Shown here in pieces: positions 40,131 to 52,600 of a stretch of 64,000 nt of DNA. Each line of letters begins with the position of its first letter. Position 1 is the first letter of the stretch. The translations under genes and the position numbers were made by a program. Below the pieces are notes generated by a model. The model was not told where the DNA came from. It saw only the letters and a program-made list of their open reading frames with translations, and made no database searches. The stretch spans positions 352,001 through 416,000 of the forward strand of contig OZ243037.1 of assembly GCA_965212015.1 (NCBI GenBank), written 5' to 3'. This DNA is from Cenarchaeum sp. (GTDB lineage Archaea; Thermoproteota; Nitrososphaeria; Nitrososphaerales; Nitrosopumilaceae).

Positions 40131-42978
40131 CTAGGGATCCTGCATGCCGTGAAGAACCAAAAAGGCCTCGCGTGAGTCGCCGTCGGCATTATGGATGCCG
40201 ACTGTCTTTTCCAGGTCATCAAAGGCGGGCATCGTGTATGCCTTGCCGTACAGCGAGTCGCGCAGATTTTCCATCTGTACGTTGTAGGCTGCCAGCTTTT
40301 GGGCAAAGGCGTCGCACGCACGATTGTCCTCGTCGGTACACGCACTCGACATGTCGACTGGCGGCGCATCCACGTACGACCACGTGCCAAACGCGTTCTT
40401 TGTCCACTGGTGTCCCAGCTGGTCGGTCCACACGTCTGCAAGCTTGTCGGTCCGAGTCAGGTGCAGCTTTACTGCGTCGCCCTGGTTTGAGTGCCTCTCG
40501 CTGAGCTCGTGCGTGGGGGGCGCGTTTAGCGAGTCACCATACACCAGCAGCCCCTCGTTCATATAGTGGGTGGTGCCGCGCCTCTTTGAATCCAGCGCGT
40601 TTATTGCAAACGGCTCGTCGTACAGCGTCTCGCGGAACAGTACGCCATCTATGCTCAGCCGCACGCACAGCTCGTTTTTGTCTGTAGGCAGGCACTGTAC
40701 GCGCGATATCTCAAAGGTGGCGTCCTCGCCTATCACGCGATTCTCGTTTGAATATTCCACAGAGTCTATCATGTACGTGGAGTTTATGGAATAGTCACGT
40801 ATCAGGTTTACGTTAATCTGCGCCTCTGCAGCATTCAGGGGCGAGCCTATTCCGGGCAGGCCAAAGCCGATGTTAAACGAGCGCAGGCCGTTTTGTGCGT
40901 ACGCCGTTAGCGCAAAGTCGTGAAGCGAGTCAGTCTCTATGGTATTGCGTTTGTAATCGACGTGATAGTCAGTTACGTCGCGGCAGACATTGTCCATGGA
41001 ATAGCCGCAGTCCACTATTTTTTGGCCAGTCGTGTACGACTTGCCAAACGTCGGCTTTGTCTTCCACTGCGTGTCGTCATCGCCGCCTCCCGAAGAGACC
41101 TGCTGCTGGGCAGTCTCAGGCGCATCGGCAAACTCGAACCTGTATGACGTAAACACATTCGCATTAACAGGGTCTTCTACAAACCCTACATCAAACGTTA
41201 TTATTTCAGATCCAATAAGGTCATTCGTGCCGGGGGCTATTTGGTAATGGGTGGCATTGTGCATGGTTGCAGTGATGTGAGAGTTATCCGTGACGCCATT
41301 ACCGTCCTCTGGCAGCTGAACGTTACTGATCATAACATTCTCCGCAAAGGCGGCATCCCCCCTGACGACCTGATCTGCAAGGTTTATGAGGAACGGCTCA
41401 AATCCGGGTGGCAAAAAGAACCTGCCTACCGGGGATTGTGGAAATCCCACCGGTACGGTTCCGGCAGGATCCGACTCGAATCGGAATAACAGTTGTTCGG
41501 GTTGGGGCGGATTTACCCCGTCATCCAGGGCAAAGGTAAACAGGGTCTGGCAGTTACAGTTGGGACCGGGGGGCGTTACGATGAGACGATCGCCCACTAT
41601 ACTGGCGGTTAACGCCTGGTTGCTCTGGCCCATTATGGTAACATCAAGGTGGGGCCTGCTGTTGTCAACATCCACAAACAGGTCATCCAGTGGGATGGCA
41701 AACCGGTCAGAGGTGTGGCGCGGTCCAAAAGCCAGGTCCCCTTGCAGTGGCCCGGGTGCCGCGTCAGTGTTAACGGTGACAATTATGTAATTGACCGTCA
41801 GGCTGTCATGGAACAGCGCAATGACCTCTTCTGTAACAATCCTCTCTTCTGTGCCAACCCCCGCGGCCTGGACTACTGCCGGACCGTGCAGGACTGCAGT
41901 GAACGTTACAGAATCCGAGGTGGATGTAAAGTCGGATGTCGGATCATACGATATGGACCCAGAGCCGTTGGATGGGAATATTCTAGTGTGGATTGTGGTC
42001 CCGTTCGAGGCCAGCTCGGGAACAAGGGTGGCGCGATCGGTCTGGTTGATTCGAATCTCCCCCGTTGCAGACGCATTGTTGGCAGTTATTATAATGTGGT
42101 TAAACGCCACCGTCGGGTCTATGGCAAAGTCGTCCCAGTTCAGGACGACATCCGCATCCAAAAGGCCATGGTTTACATTAACTGAAGAGTCCTGAAATAT
42201 GCCGGACTCGGTCGTCGGTATGCCCAGCACTAAAACCGTAATAGCCTCACAGGTGGCAGCTGTTGCTATGCCCGGTGCCATGCTTTCGGCGCACAGCCTA
42301 GCTACCACTATGCCTGACGATACCGGATCTATGATCAATATGTTTGATGATGACAAAATGGACAAATCTACGATTCCGGGATCCGGGTTGGTCACATTAT
42401 ACATAATGTCATCGCCATCCGGATCCTCAAAAAACTGGTCCAAGAATACAAGCGTGTTCGCATCCCGGGGACCAACTACATATTCTGCCGGCAGGGTGGA
42501 ATTGGCGGCCACATCGGTCTTGTTTACAGTTATATCAAATCCGCCAAAAAACATGCTTCCGTCCTCTAAGGCAAACGTATAGGTTATCGGGATGGGCGGC
42601 GACTGTATGCCGGTGGTCACAAATGTGTCGGATATCGTGTGTCTTGTTCTTTCGTCCGTTTCTTCGTCTATCGTCTGGCTGACTATCTGAAATCCATCTA
42701 TGAATATTACACCTGTGGTGTCGTTAAACTGCAGAGGGTCGGCGCCACTCGCTACAAGTTCTTGTATCGACTGTAGATCCAGTTTTTCCAGGTCTACCAC
42801 CCTAGAAAAATTAATTACACTTAGCGGTATTCCCAGCTCGCCGGTTACCACCGGAATAGTGCCCCTGTCGATGGGGGATTCGGTATGGGAGAGGATATAC
42901 AATGGCAGGGAATTCAGCGTCTGTCCCTCGTTTATCGACTGGTCAGGGATGCCACTGATCACAGCGGAAGTACTAGTC
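40131..42978. repeat. ~2.85-kb near-identical direct repeat, copy A (3' part of paralog 2)
   Basis: Matches 54538-57385 at a constant offset of 14407; the shadow ORFs also repeat (41386/55793, 42700/57107). Confidence 0.9.
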
Positions 42979-45900
42979 GTTACCGTCAAAGTGATTTCGT
43001 GTGAGCCGTCACATATCCTATACATGATGGTGGCCGGACCGGCATCACCGGTCGGCGTAAAGGCAAGCAGGCCGGTATCGACATCAAGCGTGGCAGAGTC
43101 AGGAACAACGGGGTCGCCTGTCGCACTCACAAGGAAATACGTCAGGGTGTCCTCGGTATCGGCATCAACAGTATACAGGGAGAGATCCAGCTGTTCTGCG
43201 GTTGTGGCGAGTGGAACGCCCGTGCCGCCTGCGACTACAGGTACCGTGTTGGCGAGCCTCTGTTGGTTGTTTATAGTAACGGTATAGTCGCGCGAGACAT
43301 CATCGGCATCATTGCCATCAAAGCCGTCATCAGATACCGTAACTGTAAACGATACAGAGCCGGTATCGAAGCACCTTGCCGGCGTGTCCGTGTTTCTGAA
43401 ATCAGGCGAGTTGTCCTGTGGAACCACACCGGAGAGATCTCCCGTGTCGGAATCTATGCTCAGCCAGCCCGGATGGTTCGAGAGGCGGTATTCCAGTGTG
43501 TCACCGTCGGGATCGGATGCGGGAATGGCGAGGCCAGAGACGTCGTTGCCCTCCTCAAAGAAGCTAAAGGTGGGAGCCCCAAGGACGGGTTCCGCGTTTA
43601 GCGTGAACTCGTGTACGGTGTTGGCGCCGTCGTTTCTTACAAAGGACATTGTTGTAAAGTCAGTCGAGAACGCAAGGCCCTGTGCCGAATTGGCCGTCCC
43701 CAGCGGCTGCGTGGCCTCTAGGGACAGGGTACTCACGTCATATGCCACACCGAACGTATACGCATAGAGGTCTCTGGCAGTAAGGACATACATTACCGTG
43801 CCGTCATCGTTGACTGCAAGCGACCTCTGGAATGCTTGAATTATCGGGGACGTGACAAAGTCGTTTGCATCACCGGATGATACGTCAAAGGCGACGTCGA
43901 GCGAAAAGCCATATATGCGGCCGCCGCCGCTGGCGCTGTCTATCACGTACAGGTGGGTGCCGTCGCGCGAGAATTCCATTCCCTGCGCGCCGGTAGTGGC
44001 AGCCGAGATGTCCAGGTCGTCGTTCAGATAGGTGGGACTTGAAATGTCAAAGGCGCCCCCCAGATCGTACTCTAGTATTTCATTAGCTGTGGTGCCCAGC
44101 ACGAACATCTTTGTACCGTTAGTCGAGAACTCTAGTGCACGGGGCGAGTTGTCCTGGGCTACCGCATATGCCAGGTCGCTGTTTGCCGCCGTGGATGAGT
44201 TAAAGTTTGTAGAAAGCGCATACCGGCGTATCATGTCGTCGCCGTCATTTGTTATAAACATCGCATCGCCGCTGCCTGAGAAATCAATGTCTGCGGCGCC
44301 GGTGGGCGATCTTGTTATGGAGGAGCTCGAGGCATAGTCGATCATGACATTCAGCGACAGATCAAAGGAACGGTCATTTGACACCGAGTTGGTTCTCGCC
44401 CCGGCCATGACTGCACCTGCCTGAATCGACACCGTTATGGTGGCATCAGTGGCCCCGCGCAGCACGTCAAATGTGTACATATTGCCGGAGACTTGAACAA
44501 GGTTTGACGGCACGTGGGTGCCCATGCTGCTGAGCACCGTAATGTCGTCCAGTCCAAATCCCGTCACTGCAGCGCCAAACAGGACGGTAAACGTCGCCTT
44601 GCCGTTGGCGTCAGCCGGGGTAGTATCGGTGAGTAACACCGAGATTGGCTGGCCGGTGTCAAATATGACGGTATAGACGTTGGAGTCCTCGTTGATAAAG
44701 TCGTCAGTATGAACTATGCTATCTTCGGGAATGCTCACCCTTATTATGCCGTCGACATTGTTGCGCAACACGTCAAAGGTGTACGTATCGCCAGAGCCGG
44801 CAAGAACGGTTGCCATATGGGTGCCGGCAGGCGCGGTGCTGTCCACGATAATGTCGTCTAATTCAAACGTAGCCGGACGTATGGGAGTGCGGAATGTGGC
44901 AGTAAACGTTACGGTATCCATAGTCGTAATGTCATTATCACCCACATCAGCCGTAATCACCACGGGCCGGACGCCAAAGCTAACCTGATGGGCGGTGGAT
45001 GCAGTATTGTCGTTTCCTGCAAAGTCCGTGACCGCACCTTCCGGAATCGATACCGTTATGATGCCTTCGGCATTGTTGCGCTGGACCTCAAAGGTGTAGG
45101 TGCGGTCTGTGTCGGAGGCCACGGGTGCGGATACCGTGTAGGTGCCGGCAGGCGCGGTACTAGACAGGACAATGTCGTCTTGTGTAAACGAGCCTTCCGG
45201 TATGACCTCGCTGAATGTTGCGGTAAATCTTACACGATCAGCAATCGTGCCGGTGTTGTTTGCCACATCGGCGCTAAGTAGCACGGTGGGCGGCTCGTTA
45301 TCCTGCGGGCCAAAAGTGGCGATATAAACATTGGATGCGGTATTGTTGACTTTGTTCAAATCAATAGCCCCGTTTGCCGGCATCTGCACCCTTATTGTAC
45401 CGTCCACACCGCCGCGTTCTACACGAAAGTTAAATGAGGTGCCAGAGGTATCAATCGGAAAGTCCGATACCGTGTGGGTGCCGGCAGGCGCAGTACTGGT
45501 CACAGAAATATCGTCGTCTTCAAGGCTAGATATATGCTCGTTGAATCTGACGTTAAACTGTATGACATCTGCATCGGTGGCACCACGATGAGCCACAGTA
45601 GTACTGGAGATTGTAGGTACGGGCGCGGGGGAAAGGGAAATGGTGTACGTGTTGGTTTGTACCGTGTGGGGGTTTCCAGCCAGATCAAAGACATTGGCAA
45701 CGTTGAGCCGCACAGACACCTGATCGCTTTGACCCTGATTCACTGTTACCGGAAGTGTGTATACGGCACCAGAGCCGGTAAGAGGCTGGAATTGGCCATT
45801 TCCAAGGACGAAAACGTGCGTGATGTCAGCTAATGTAAATCCCGTCACGGGCTCGCTGAACGTAATGGTAATAATGGCCATGTTGGCGCCGGCACCAGCA

Positions 45901-46046
45901 TTGTTTCGTATATTGATCGTCTCACCGTCGATTATCACCGTGCCGGTAATCTCTGCCGTGATCGTGGAGGCCTGGCCATGGGCCAAGACTGGGATCATGG
46001 CCAACAATGGCAATAGGAAAGCTGCCATCAGCATGCTCTTTTGCAT
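40131..46046 (-). CDS. Giant secreted/surface protein, paralog 2 (1971 aa)
   Basis: Signal peptide MQKSMLMAAFLLPLL..AHG|Q; about five Ig-like modules, one propeller block, shared C-terminal ~950 aa. The true start is 46046. Confidence 0.88.
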   Translation of the reverse strand: MQKSMLMAAFLLPLLAMIPVLAHGQASTITAEITGTVIIDGETINIRNNAGAGANMAIITITFSEPVTGFTLADITHVFVLGNGQFQPLTGSGAVYTLPVTVNQGQSDQVSVRLNVANVFDLAGNPHTVQTNTYTISLSPAPVPTISSTTVAHRGATDADVIQFNVRFNEHISSLEDDDISVTSTAPAGTHTVSDFPIDTSGTSFNFRVERGGVDGTIRVQMPANGAIDLNKVNNTASNVYIATFGPQDNEPPTVLLSADVANNTGTIADRVRFTATFSEVIPEGSFTQDDIVLSSTAPAGTYTVSAPVASDTDRTYTFEVQRNNAEGIITVSIPEGAVTDFAGNDNTASTAHQVSFGVRPVVITADVGDNDITTMDTVTFTATFRTPIRPATFELDDIIVDSTAPAGTHMATVLAGSGDTYTFDVLRNNVDGIIRVSIPEDSIVHTDDFINEDSNVYTVIFDTGQPISVLLTDTTPADANGKATFTVLFGAAVTGFGLDDITVLSSMGTHVPSNLVQVSGNMYTFDVLRGATDATITVSIQAGAVMAGARTNSVSNDRSFDLSLNVMIDYASSSSITRSPTGAADIDFSGSGDAMFITNDGDDMIRRYALSTNFNSSTAANSDLAYAVAQDNSPRALEFSTNGTKMFVLGTTANEILEYDLGGAFDISSPTYLNDDLDISAATTGAQGMEFSRDGTHLYVIDSASGGGRIYGFSLDVAFDVSSGDANDFVTSPIIQAFQRSLAVNDDGTVMYVLTARDLYAYTFGVAYDVSTLSLEATQPLGTANSAQGLAFSTDFTTMSFVRNDGANTVHEFTLNAEPVLGAPTFSFFEEGNDVSGLAIPASDPDGDTLEYRLSNHPGWLSIDSDTGDLSGVVPQDNSPDFRNTDTPARCFDTGSVSFTVTVSDDGFDGNDADDVSRDYTVTINNQQRLANTVPVVAGGTGVPLATTAEQLDLSLYTVDADTEDTLTYFLVSATGDPVVPDSATLDVDTGLLAFTPTGDAGPATIMYRICDGSHEITLTVTTSTSAVISGIPDQSINEGQTLNSLPLYILSHTESPIDRGTIPVVTGELGIPLSVINFSRVVDLEKLDLQSIQELVASGADPLQFNDTTGVIFIDGFQIVSQTIDEETDERTRHTISDTFVTTGIQSPPIPITYTFALEDGSMFFGGFDITVNKTDVAANSTLPAEYVVGPRDANTLVFLDQFFEDPDGDDIMYNVTNPDPGIVDLSILSSSNILIIDPVSSGIVVARLCAESMAPGIATAATCEAITVLVLGIPTTESGIFQDSSVNVNHGLLDADVVLNWDDFAIDPTVAFNHIIITANNASATGEIRINQTDRATLVPELASNGTTIHTRIFPSNGSGSISYDPTSDFTSTSDSVTFTAVLHGPAVVQAAGVGTEERIVTEEVIALFHDSLTVNYIIVTVNTDAAPGPLQGDLAFGPRHTSDRFAIPLDDLFVDVDNSRPHLDVTIMGQSNQALTASIVGDRLIVTPPGPNCNCQTLFTFALDDGVNPPQPEQLLFRFESDPAGTVPVGFPQSPVGRFFLPPGFEPFLINLADQVVRGDAAFAENVMISNVQLPEDGNGVTDNSHITATMHNATHYQIAPGTNDLIGSEIITFDVGFVEDPVNANVFTSYRFEFADAPETAQQQVSSGGGDDDTQWKTKPTFGKSYTTGQKIVDCGYSMDNVCRDVTDYHVDYKRNTIETDSLHDFALTAYAQNGLRSFNIGFGLPGIGSPLNAAEAQINVNLIRDYSINSTYMIDSVEYSNENRVIGEDATFEISRVQCLPTDKNELCVRLSIDGVLFRETLYDEPFAINALDSKRRGTTHYMNEGLLVYGDSLNAPPTHELSERHSNQGDAVKLHLTRTDKLADVWTDQLGHQWTKNAFGTWSYVDAPPVDMSSACTDEDNRACDAFAQKLAAYNVQMENLRDSLYGKAYTMPAFDDLEKTVGIHNADGDSREAFLVLHGMQDP

Positions 46047-46084
46047 ATACCACCCCCCCCCCCCCGATTGCTTATAAAAGTATA
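46047..46084 (-). promoter_or_regulatory. Promoter of paralog 2: TATA box plus G13 tract
   Basis: Coding strand TATACTTTTATAAGCAATC-G13-TGGTAT-ATG. Confidence 0.8.
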
Positions 46085-46202
46085 CGGCAATACTGTCTGT
46101 TGCACAATCACGCCTGAATCCATACAGATCATACAACTTTGACCCAGAACCGCAAAATACTATACCGAAGAAGCTTTAGATCAGCGGGGTATTTGTCACG
46201 GT

Positions 46203-46520
46203 GTGACCTCGGCAGACGACAAATACGTGTCGCGCGGCAGGCAGCTGATGCTGCATGATGATTCGGACATGATGCGCGAGCTAAAAAAGGCAAATCGCAA
46301 CAAAATCGGACATCCGTTTGAATATGCCGACTCGCTGTTTGCAGGAATTGCCACCATAAAGGCAATGACAAATCTGTCGTACAGGTGCCTGCAGGGACTG
46401 GCAGGCGAGATGCTGCAATATGCAGGCGAGACGGCACCGGATAACACGGCCATATACAGGAGCTGAAAATCAAGGCCGACGTGTACAGGATGGTGGAACT
46501 GTCGACGGCCAGATAGGAAC
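46203..46520 (+). pseudogene. IS5-family transposase N-terminal remnant
   Basis: YVSRG...ELKKANRNKIGHPFEYADSL...LSYRCLQG...PDNTAIYRS resembles IS5-family N-termini; truncated, with no DDE domain. Confidence 0.7.
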
Positions 46521-46619
46521 ATGGGCCAAAGTGGGATATCAGGCTTGATCGGGTGAGTTGCGCAACAGACTAGTAAGATGCGGCATGCTTTTGGATCAGG
46601 CATGAAAAAACCGGGCGCC

Positions 46620-49600
46620 CTATTCGAGCAGCCACAGCAGGTCGTTATCTGCCAGGAACCTCTCGCGCGAGTCCCCGTCGATATCATATATGGTGACAGT
46701 CTCGTGCAGGTCATCAAAGGCGGGCATTGTGTATGCCTTGTCGTACAGCGAGTCGCGCAGATTTTCCATCTGTACGTTGTAGGCTGCCAGCTTTTGGGCA
46801 AAGGCGTTGCAGACGCGCTTGTCCGGATCGTCGCATATCGGCGAGACGACAATCTTTGGGCCCTCCACGTACGACCACGTGCCAAACGCGTTTTTGGTCC
46901 ACTGGTGTCCCAGCTGGTCGGTCCACACGTCTGCAAGCTTGTCGGTCCGAGTCAGGTGCAGCTTTACTGCGTCGCCCTGGTTTGAGTGCCTCTCGCTGAG
47001 CTCGTGCGTGGGGGGCGCGTTTAGCGAGTCGCCAAACACCAGCAGCCCCTCGTTCATATAGTGGGTGGTGCCGCGCCTCTTTGAGTCCAGCGCGTTTATT
47101 GCAAACGGCTCGTCGTACAGCGTCTCGCGGAACAGTACGCCATCTATGCTCAGCCGCACGCACAGCTCGTTGTTGTCTGCGGGCAGGCACTGTACGCGCG
47201 ATATCTCAAAGGTGGCGTCCTCGCCTATCACGCGATTCTCGTTTGAATATTCCACAGAGTCTATCCTGTACGTGGAGTTTATGGAATAGTCACGTATCAG
47301 GTTTACGTTAATCTGCGCCTCTGCAGCATTCAGGGGCGAGCCTACTCCGGGCAGGCCAAAGCCGATGTTAAACGAGCGCAGGCCGTTTTGTGCGTACGCC
47401 TTTAGCGCAAAGTCGTGAAGCGAGTCAGTCTCTATGGTATTGCGTTTGTAATCGACGTGATAGTCAGTTACGTCGCGGCAGACATTGTCCATGGAATAGC
47501 CGCAGTCCACTATTTTTTGGCCAGTCGTGTACGACTTGCCAAACGTCGGCTTTGTCTTCCACTGCGTGTCGTCATCGCCGCCTCCCGAAGAGGCCTGCGG
47601 CGGGGGCGAGTCAGTGGAAAACGCCACCCTGTAATTTTCAAACAGTGTAACGGAGGCATCATCTTGACGCACCACATCAAGCATCATCGTCTCGGACTCA
47701 AAATTAGAGGTGCCGGTCACCCTATGATGGGTGGCATTGAACTCACTGACGCCGATAGAGCTGTCATCTGGCAGCCGGAGGTTGGTAATCGAGATGGCCT
47801 CCACAAAGGTGGCGTTTCCTCCTGCGATCAGATCCTCAAAGTCTATTACAAACGGCTCAAAGTCCCGGTCCAAAAAGAACCGGCTTATCGGGGACTGTGG
47901 AAAGTCCACCGGTACCGTTCCAGAGTCATCCGTCTCGAACCGGAACAGTATCGAGGTCTCCAAGGGTGTGCTTGTCCCGTCATCGACTATAAAGTTAAAG
48001 TTGGTCTGGCCGTTATGGTTCGGGCCCGGGGGCCTTATAACGACAAAGTTGCCCAGTATGCTGCCTGAAAATTCAGCGTCAGGGTCGTCTCCTACCACGG
48101 CAGTCAACCCCGTGTTGCTCTGGCCTGCTATGGTGACATCAAGGGGGCCCGGCCTGCTGTTGTCGGGATCCTCAAACAGGTCGTGCACTGCGAGGGCAAA
48201 GTAGTCAGAGGCGTGTCGCGGCCCAAAAGGCATGCCGTTTGACACCAGCTTTACGGGCGACAAATCATCGGTGACAAACTCGTAATTGACAGTCAGCGTA
48301 TCGTGGAGTCGCGGAACAATCTGACTTGTAACGGTACTGTTATCCCTCGGGGCCGTCCTCGTGTCCTGAACGGCCGGATTATACAGAACGGCATTAAACG
48401 TTATAGTGTCTACGGGCGATGCCGCATCGGATGACGGATTGTACGATATGGTACCGGAATTGTTGCTCAGAGTCAGAGTCTTGTCGATTATGGCCCTGTC
48501 AGGGAGGCGCAGATCAAGGACATGGATCGTACCCGTACTGTTGATTCGGATACTCCCCGTTGCGGCCGCATCATTGGCAGTTATGATAATGTGGTCAAAG
48601 AGTACCGTCGGGTCAATAATGGTATTGTTGCCGTTCAGGACGATGGTCGCTGCCGTATCGGTATGGCGTACGGTGATTGAGGATTCCTGGAATATCCTGC
48701 TCTGTATCGTATCTGCGCCCCGCACAAAAACTGCAATGCCATCGCAGGTGGAGCCGTTTGGCACGGATCCCCCGCCGCCATCGCTTTCGGCGCACAGCGT
48801 GAGGAGGGTCAGACCCGGCGATTCAGGGTTTATGGTCAGCACGTTTGCATCAAGGGTTATCACCACGGATTCGGAAAGTGAGTCACTTGTCATGTTATAC
48901 GTGATGGTATCACCCTCGGGATCCGTAAAATGATCGGCCAGATCTATCACCATGTCCGGATCCGAGGGATTAAACACATATTGTGCCGGCAGGGACGATA
49001 TGGGGGCAGCATCTGTCCTGTTTACAACTAAATCAAAGATGGCCTGATGCGAGGTTCCATCCTCCAGGACAAACGTATAGTCTATCCGGACGGGCGGCGA
49101 TCGTTCAAGGTTCGCATCCACGAAATCGACAGGTATCGTGTGTATTATTTCAAATGGGTCTATCTGCTCATCAGGCGGCACCCCATCTGCCTCTTGCTGA
49201 AAGAGCTCAAGGAACCGCGCGTCTATCTGGTCTGCGTTATCCATGAAATTTAGTGCTTCGGTGCTTGATATCTGCCACGCCCTTTGATCACCGGCAGTCA
49301 GTGATCCGCCGCCCGGCGCCGTACCGTTAAGGTCCGGATCTCCCGGCATCAACATATCAAACTCCTCTGTGGTCAGAGATCCGTTCGATGCAAATATCGG
49401 CACTAAATCCCCTGCTATTGTTATTTCCGTGACGTTAAAGAGCGGAGACTCGGTGTGGGATATGATATACAAATCCAGGGAATCCAGCGTCTGCCCCTCG
49501 TTTATCGACTGGTCTGGTATTATCTCAAGCGCTGGAGGGGCCGACTGTGTAGACACCATCAAAGTCTCAAGGATAGAGCCGTCACACACGTCATAACTAA

Positions 49601-52600
49601 TGTTGGCCACCCCGCCGGCGCCGGTCGTCATAAAGGTCGCCAGGCCCTCGGGGGTAATCTGGAGCGAGCTCGCTACAATGGCGGCATTTACATCCGAGCG
49701 TATGTTGGAATATGTCAGGGTGTCTGCGGTATCGGCATCGCTGGTATGCATGGCAAGATCCAGCTCTCTTGCATTTGTGGCAACTAGGACGGGCATAATG
49801 ATAGCCATCGGCGGCGCGTTGGGCGATCTTTCGTTGTTCATTATATCAACGGTATAGGTGCGCGCGGTATTGTCCGTACCATCAGAATCAAAGCCGTCAT
49901 CGGATGCCATCACGGTAAACGATACAGAGCCGTCAGTAGAGCACCTTGCTGGCGTGTCCTCGGCCCTATAGAGGCCCGTGTTGTCCTGCGGGACAGTGCC
50001 CGACAGATGACCCGTGCTGTTTATTGTCAGCCAGGAGGGATTATCAGTGATGCGGTATTCCAGTGCGGCGCCGTCGACATCTGATCCCGGAATCTGTATG
50101 GAGACATCCTCGTCCTCGGCGACCTCAATGCTCAGAGCACCAAGGACCGGAGGCGCGGTGTTTTCGACGAACCGGTAGATTCTGCCGCTGGGATCGTTCC
50201 CTGTCACGTGCAGGGTCATAAAGTCGGACGTAAACTCTATCTCTGTTGGCTGTATGAGTATGCTATGGAATAACGGCTGCGGCCCGCTTATGAGCACAAG
50301 GGAGCTCGCATCATACGCGGGATTCATGGAATACGCATAGAGGTTGCGGGTGCCGCCGATGTTCTGCGCGCCCATGACGTACAGTATGCTGCCGTCATCA
50401 TTGACTGCGGATCCCGTCGGGTTATCATCGGACAGTTGCGGGGACGTTGCGACCGGTTGCGAGATGGATGAGAGATCAAAGCCCGTACCCAGCGTGTACC
50501 CGTATATGCGGTCGGCACCGGTGCCCGTGACATACATGCGGGTGCCGTCGCGCGAGAATTCCAGTCCGGTGGGCAGGGTATCTGGCAGGTTTGGAGGCAT
50601 GTCAGGAAATGCATCTATCGAAGAATCCGTTGCGGATGCCTGGCCGACTAGCTGGTAGGCGCTTGTGAGCAAAAGCTCGTGTATGCGGTCCGCCGAGGTG
50701 CCTATAACAAAGAGCTTCATACCGTTATCAGAGAATTCAATCCCGGACGGCTGAGAGTCCAAACCGCCCACGGCGTACTCGATAGACGGCGACGAGGCCC
50801 TGGTCGATATGTCAAAGGCCGTCCCAAGGTCGTACTGGAGTATGTTGTCCGACCCGGCGGACTGGAGCACAAACAGGCGCATGCCGTCGCCGGAGAATTC
50901 CACGTCGACGGACGCAGTATATGTGTCAGGAATCGATGGCAACTGGAAATAGTCAAGTGATGGCGGATCCGGTTCCGGCACATCAAATGTGGCGGTAAAA
51001 ACTGCGGATGCCGTATTTCCGTTGTCGTCTATATCGGCGGCGGCGCCGTCCGGGATGCTCACATTTATGGTACCGCCAGTATTGTTGCGCGCGACATCAA
51101 AGGTGAATACGGTTGCAGAGCCGGTATCTGGCGAAAGGTTCGATGCCTTGTGGGTGCCGGCGTCAGGCGCGGTGCTCTCCACGGTAATCTCTGTTGCAAG
51201 CAATCCCGACACTGGCTCGCTAAATGTGGCCGTAAACGATATGGTATCCGTATCGGCGGAGGTGCCGTTTGCCAGATTGCCCGAGCCGTCACTCGCAGTG
51301 ATTGACACGACGGTGGGCAGGATCGCAAAGTCGTACGTATACGTGTTGGAAGGTACCGGGTTGGTGGTTCCCTCCAGGTCCGCAAACATACCGGCGGCAA
51401 TGCTCACGTTTATGTTTTGATCCTCGCCGCTGTGATCTACCTGAAAGGTGTACATTAGGTCTGACATTCGCTCGACATTCGTTACCGTGTGGGTCGCACC
51501 GTCGCCGACTGCGGTAATGTCATTTGCCGTAAACGTACCGTCCATTACGGGCCTGTTGAATGTCGCGGTAAAATTGACCACATCCTGGGCAGTGCCACCG
51601 TCTGGCACGTCGGTGCTGGAGATTGTAACGATGGGGGGGCGGGTATCCAGCGAGGTGAAAGCGACGGCAAATGGAATGACTTTCGAACTGCCGGTACTAT
51701 CCGATGTACTTTTCGCCGCATTTGCGCCAATCGATACTGTCACAGTACCAATGGAGGATCCCACAGCGACCTGAAACGTGTACAGGGAGGCGTCGTCCGG
51801 GTCTGGCGTAAAGCTCCCCGGTATTATCTGGGGATTGTTGTTGTTTGCGGTACCCGTCAGGGTAATGTCTTTTTCCTCAAATCCCATCACATCCTCGTTG
51901 AACGTAACGGTAAATCTTATGGCCGGCTGGGCCGTGGATGTGCCGTTTGCCAGATTGCCCGCGGAATTGGCGGTGATTGTAGCTATGGTGGGCAGCGTAA
52001 AGGCGGCGGTGAGCGGATACTGGATGACGCGGTCACCGCCGTTGGTATCCAAAAGATACATGACCATGCCGTCATTTGAAAAGTCCATCCCGCGTGCGGT
52101 AACAGCTGATCCGGCAATAGATGGCGCGAGAAAAGTGTCATCAGCTGATTGAGTGACAGAGTCTACCAGAGTAAAGGCCGTATCCAGGTCGTACTGTCGA
52201 ACCGCATTTCCAGAAAAAGTAAACAGCCTCATGCCGTCATTGGAGATTGCCAGGCCGTCGGCAGTCTCGGATGTGTCATGGGTGGTGCGTGGAGTAACGG
52301 TGCCGGATATATCAAAGGGGGTTCCGAGCTGAAATGAGTCGACTTGGCCGCTGCGTCCAAGAAATAGCCAGTCACCGTTACGAGAGATTGCAACATCAAG
52401 ATTGCCGCCCCCACAACAGTCTGGAGAACTGCTGGGAGTGCTAATCGCACGATCTGCCCCGATTGGTATCTGGACAACGTTGTTTTCGGTTCCACCATTA
52501 CTGGCCAGAAACATTCTGGTGGTGTCATTGGAGATCGTCACGCCCTGTACATTATCCGTACGAGTTAGGAAACTCTGCATTGTGCCATCTCCAACGCTGG

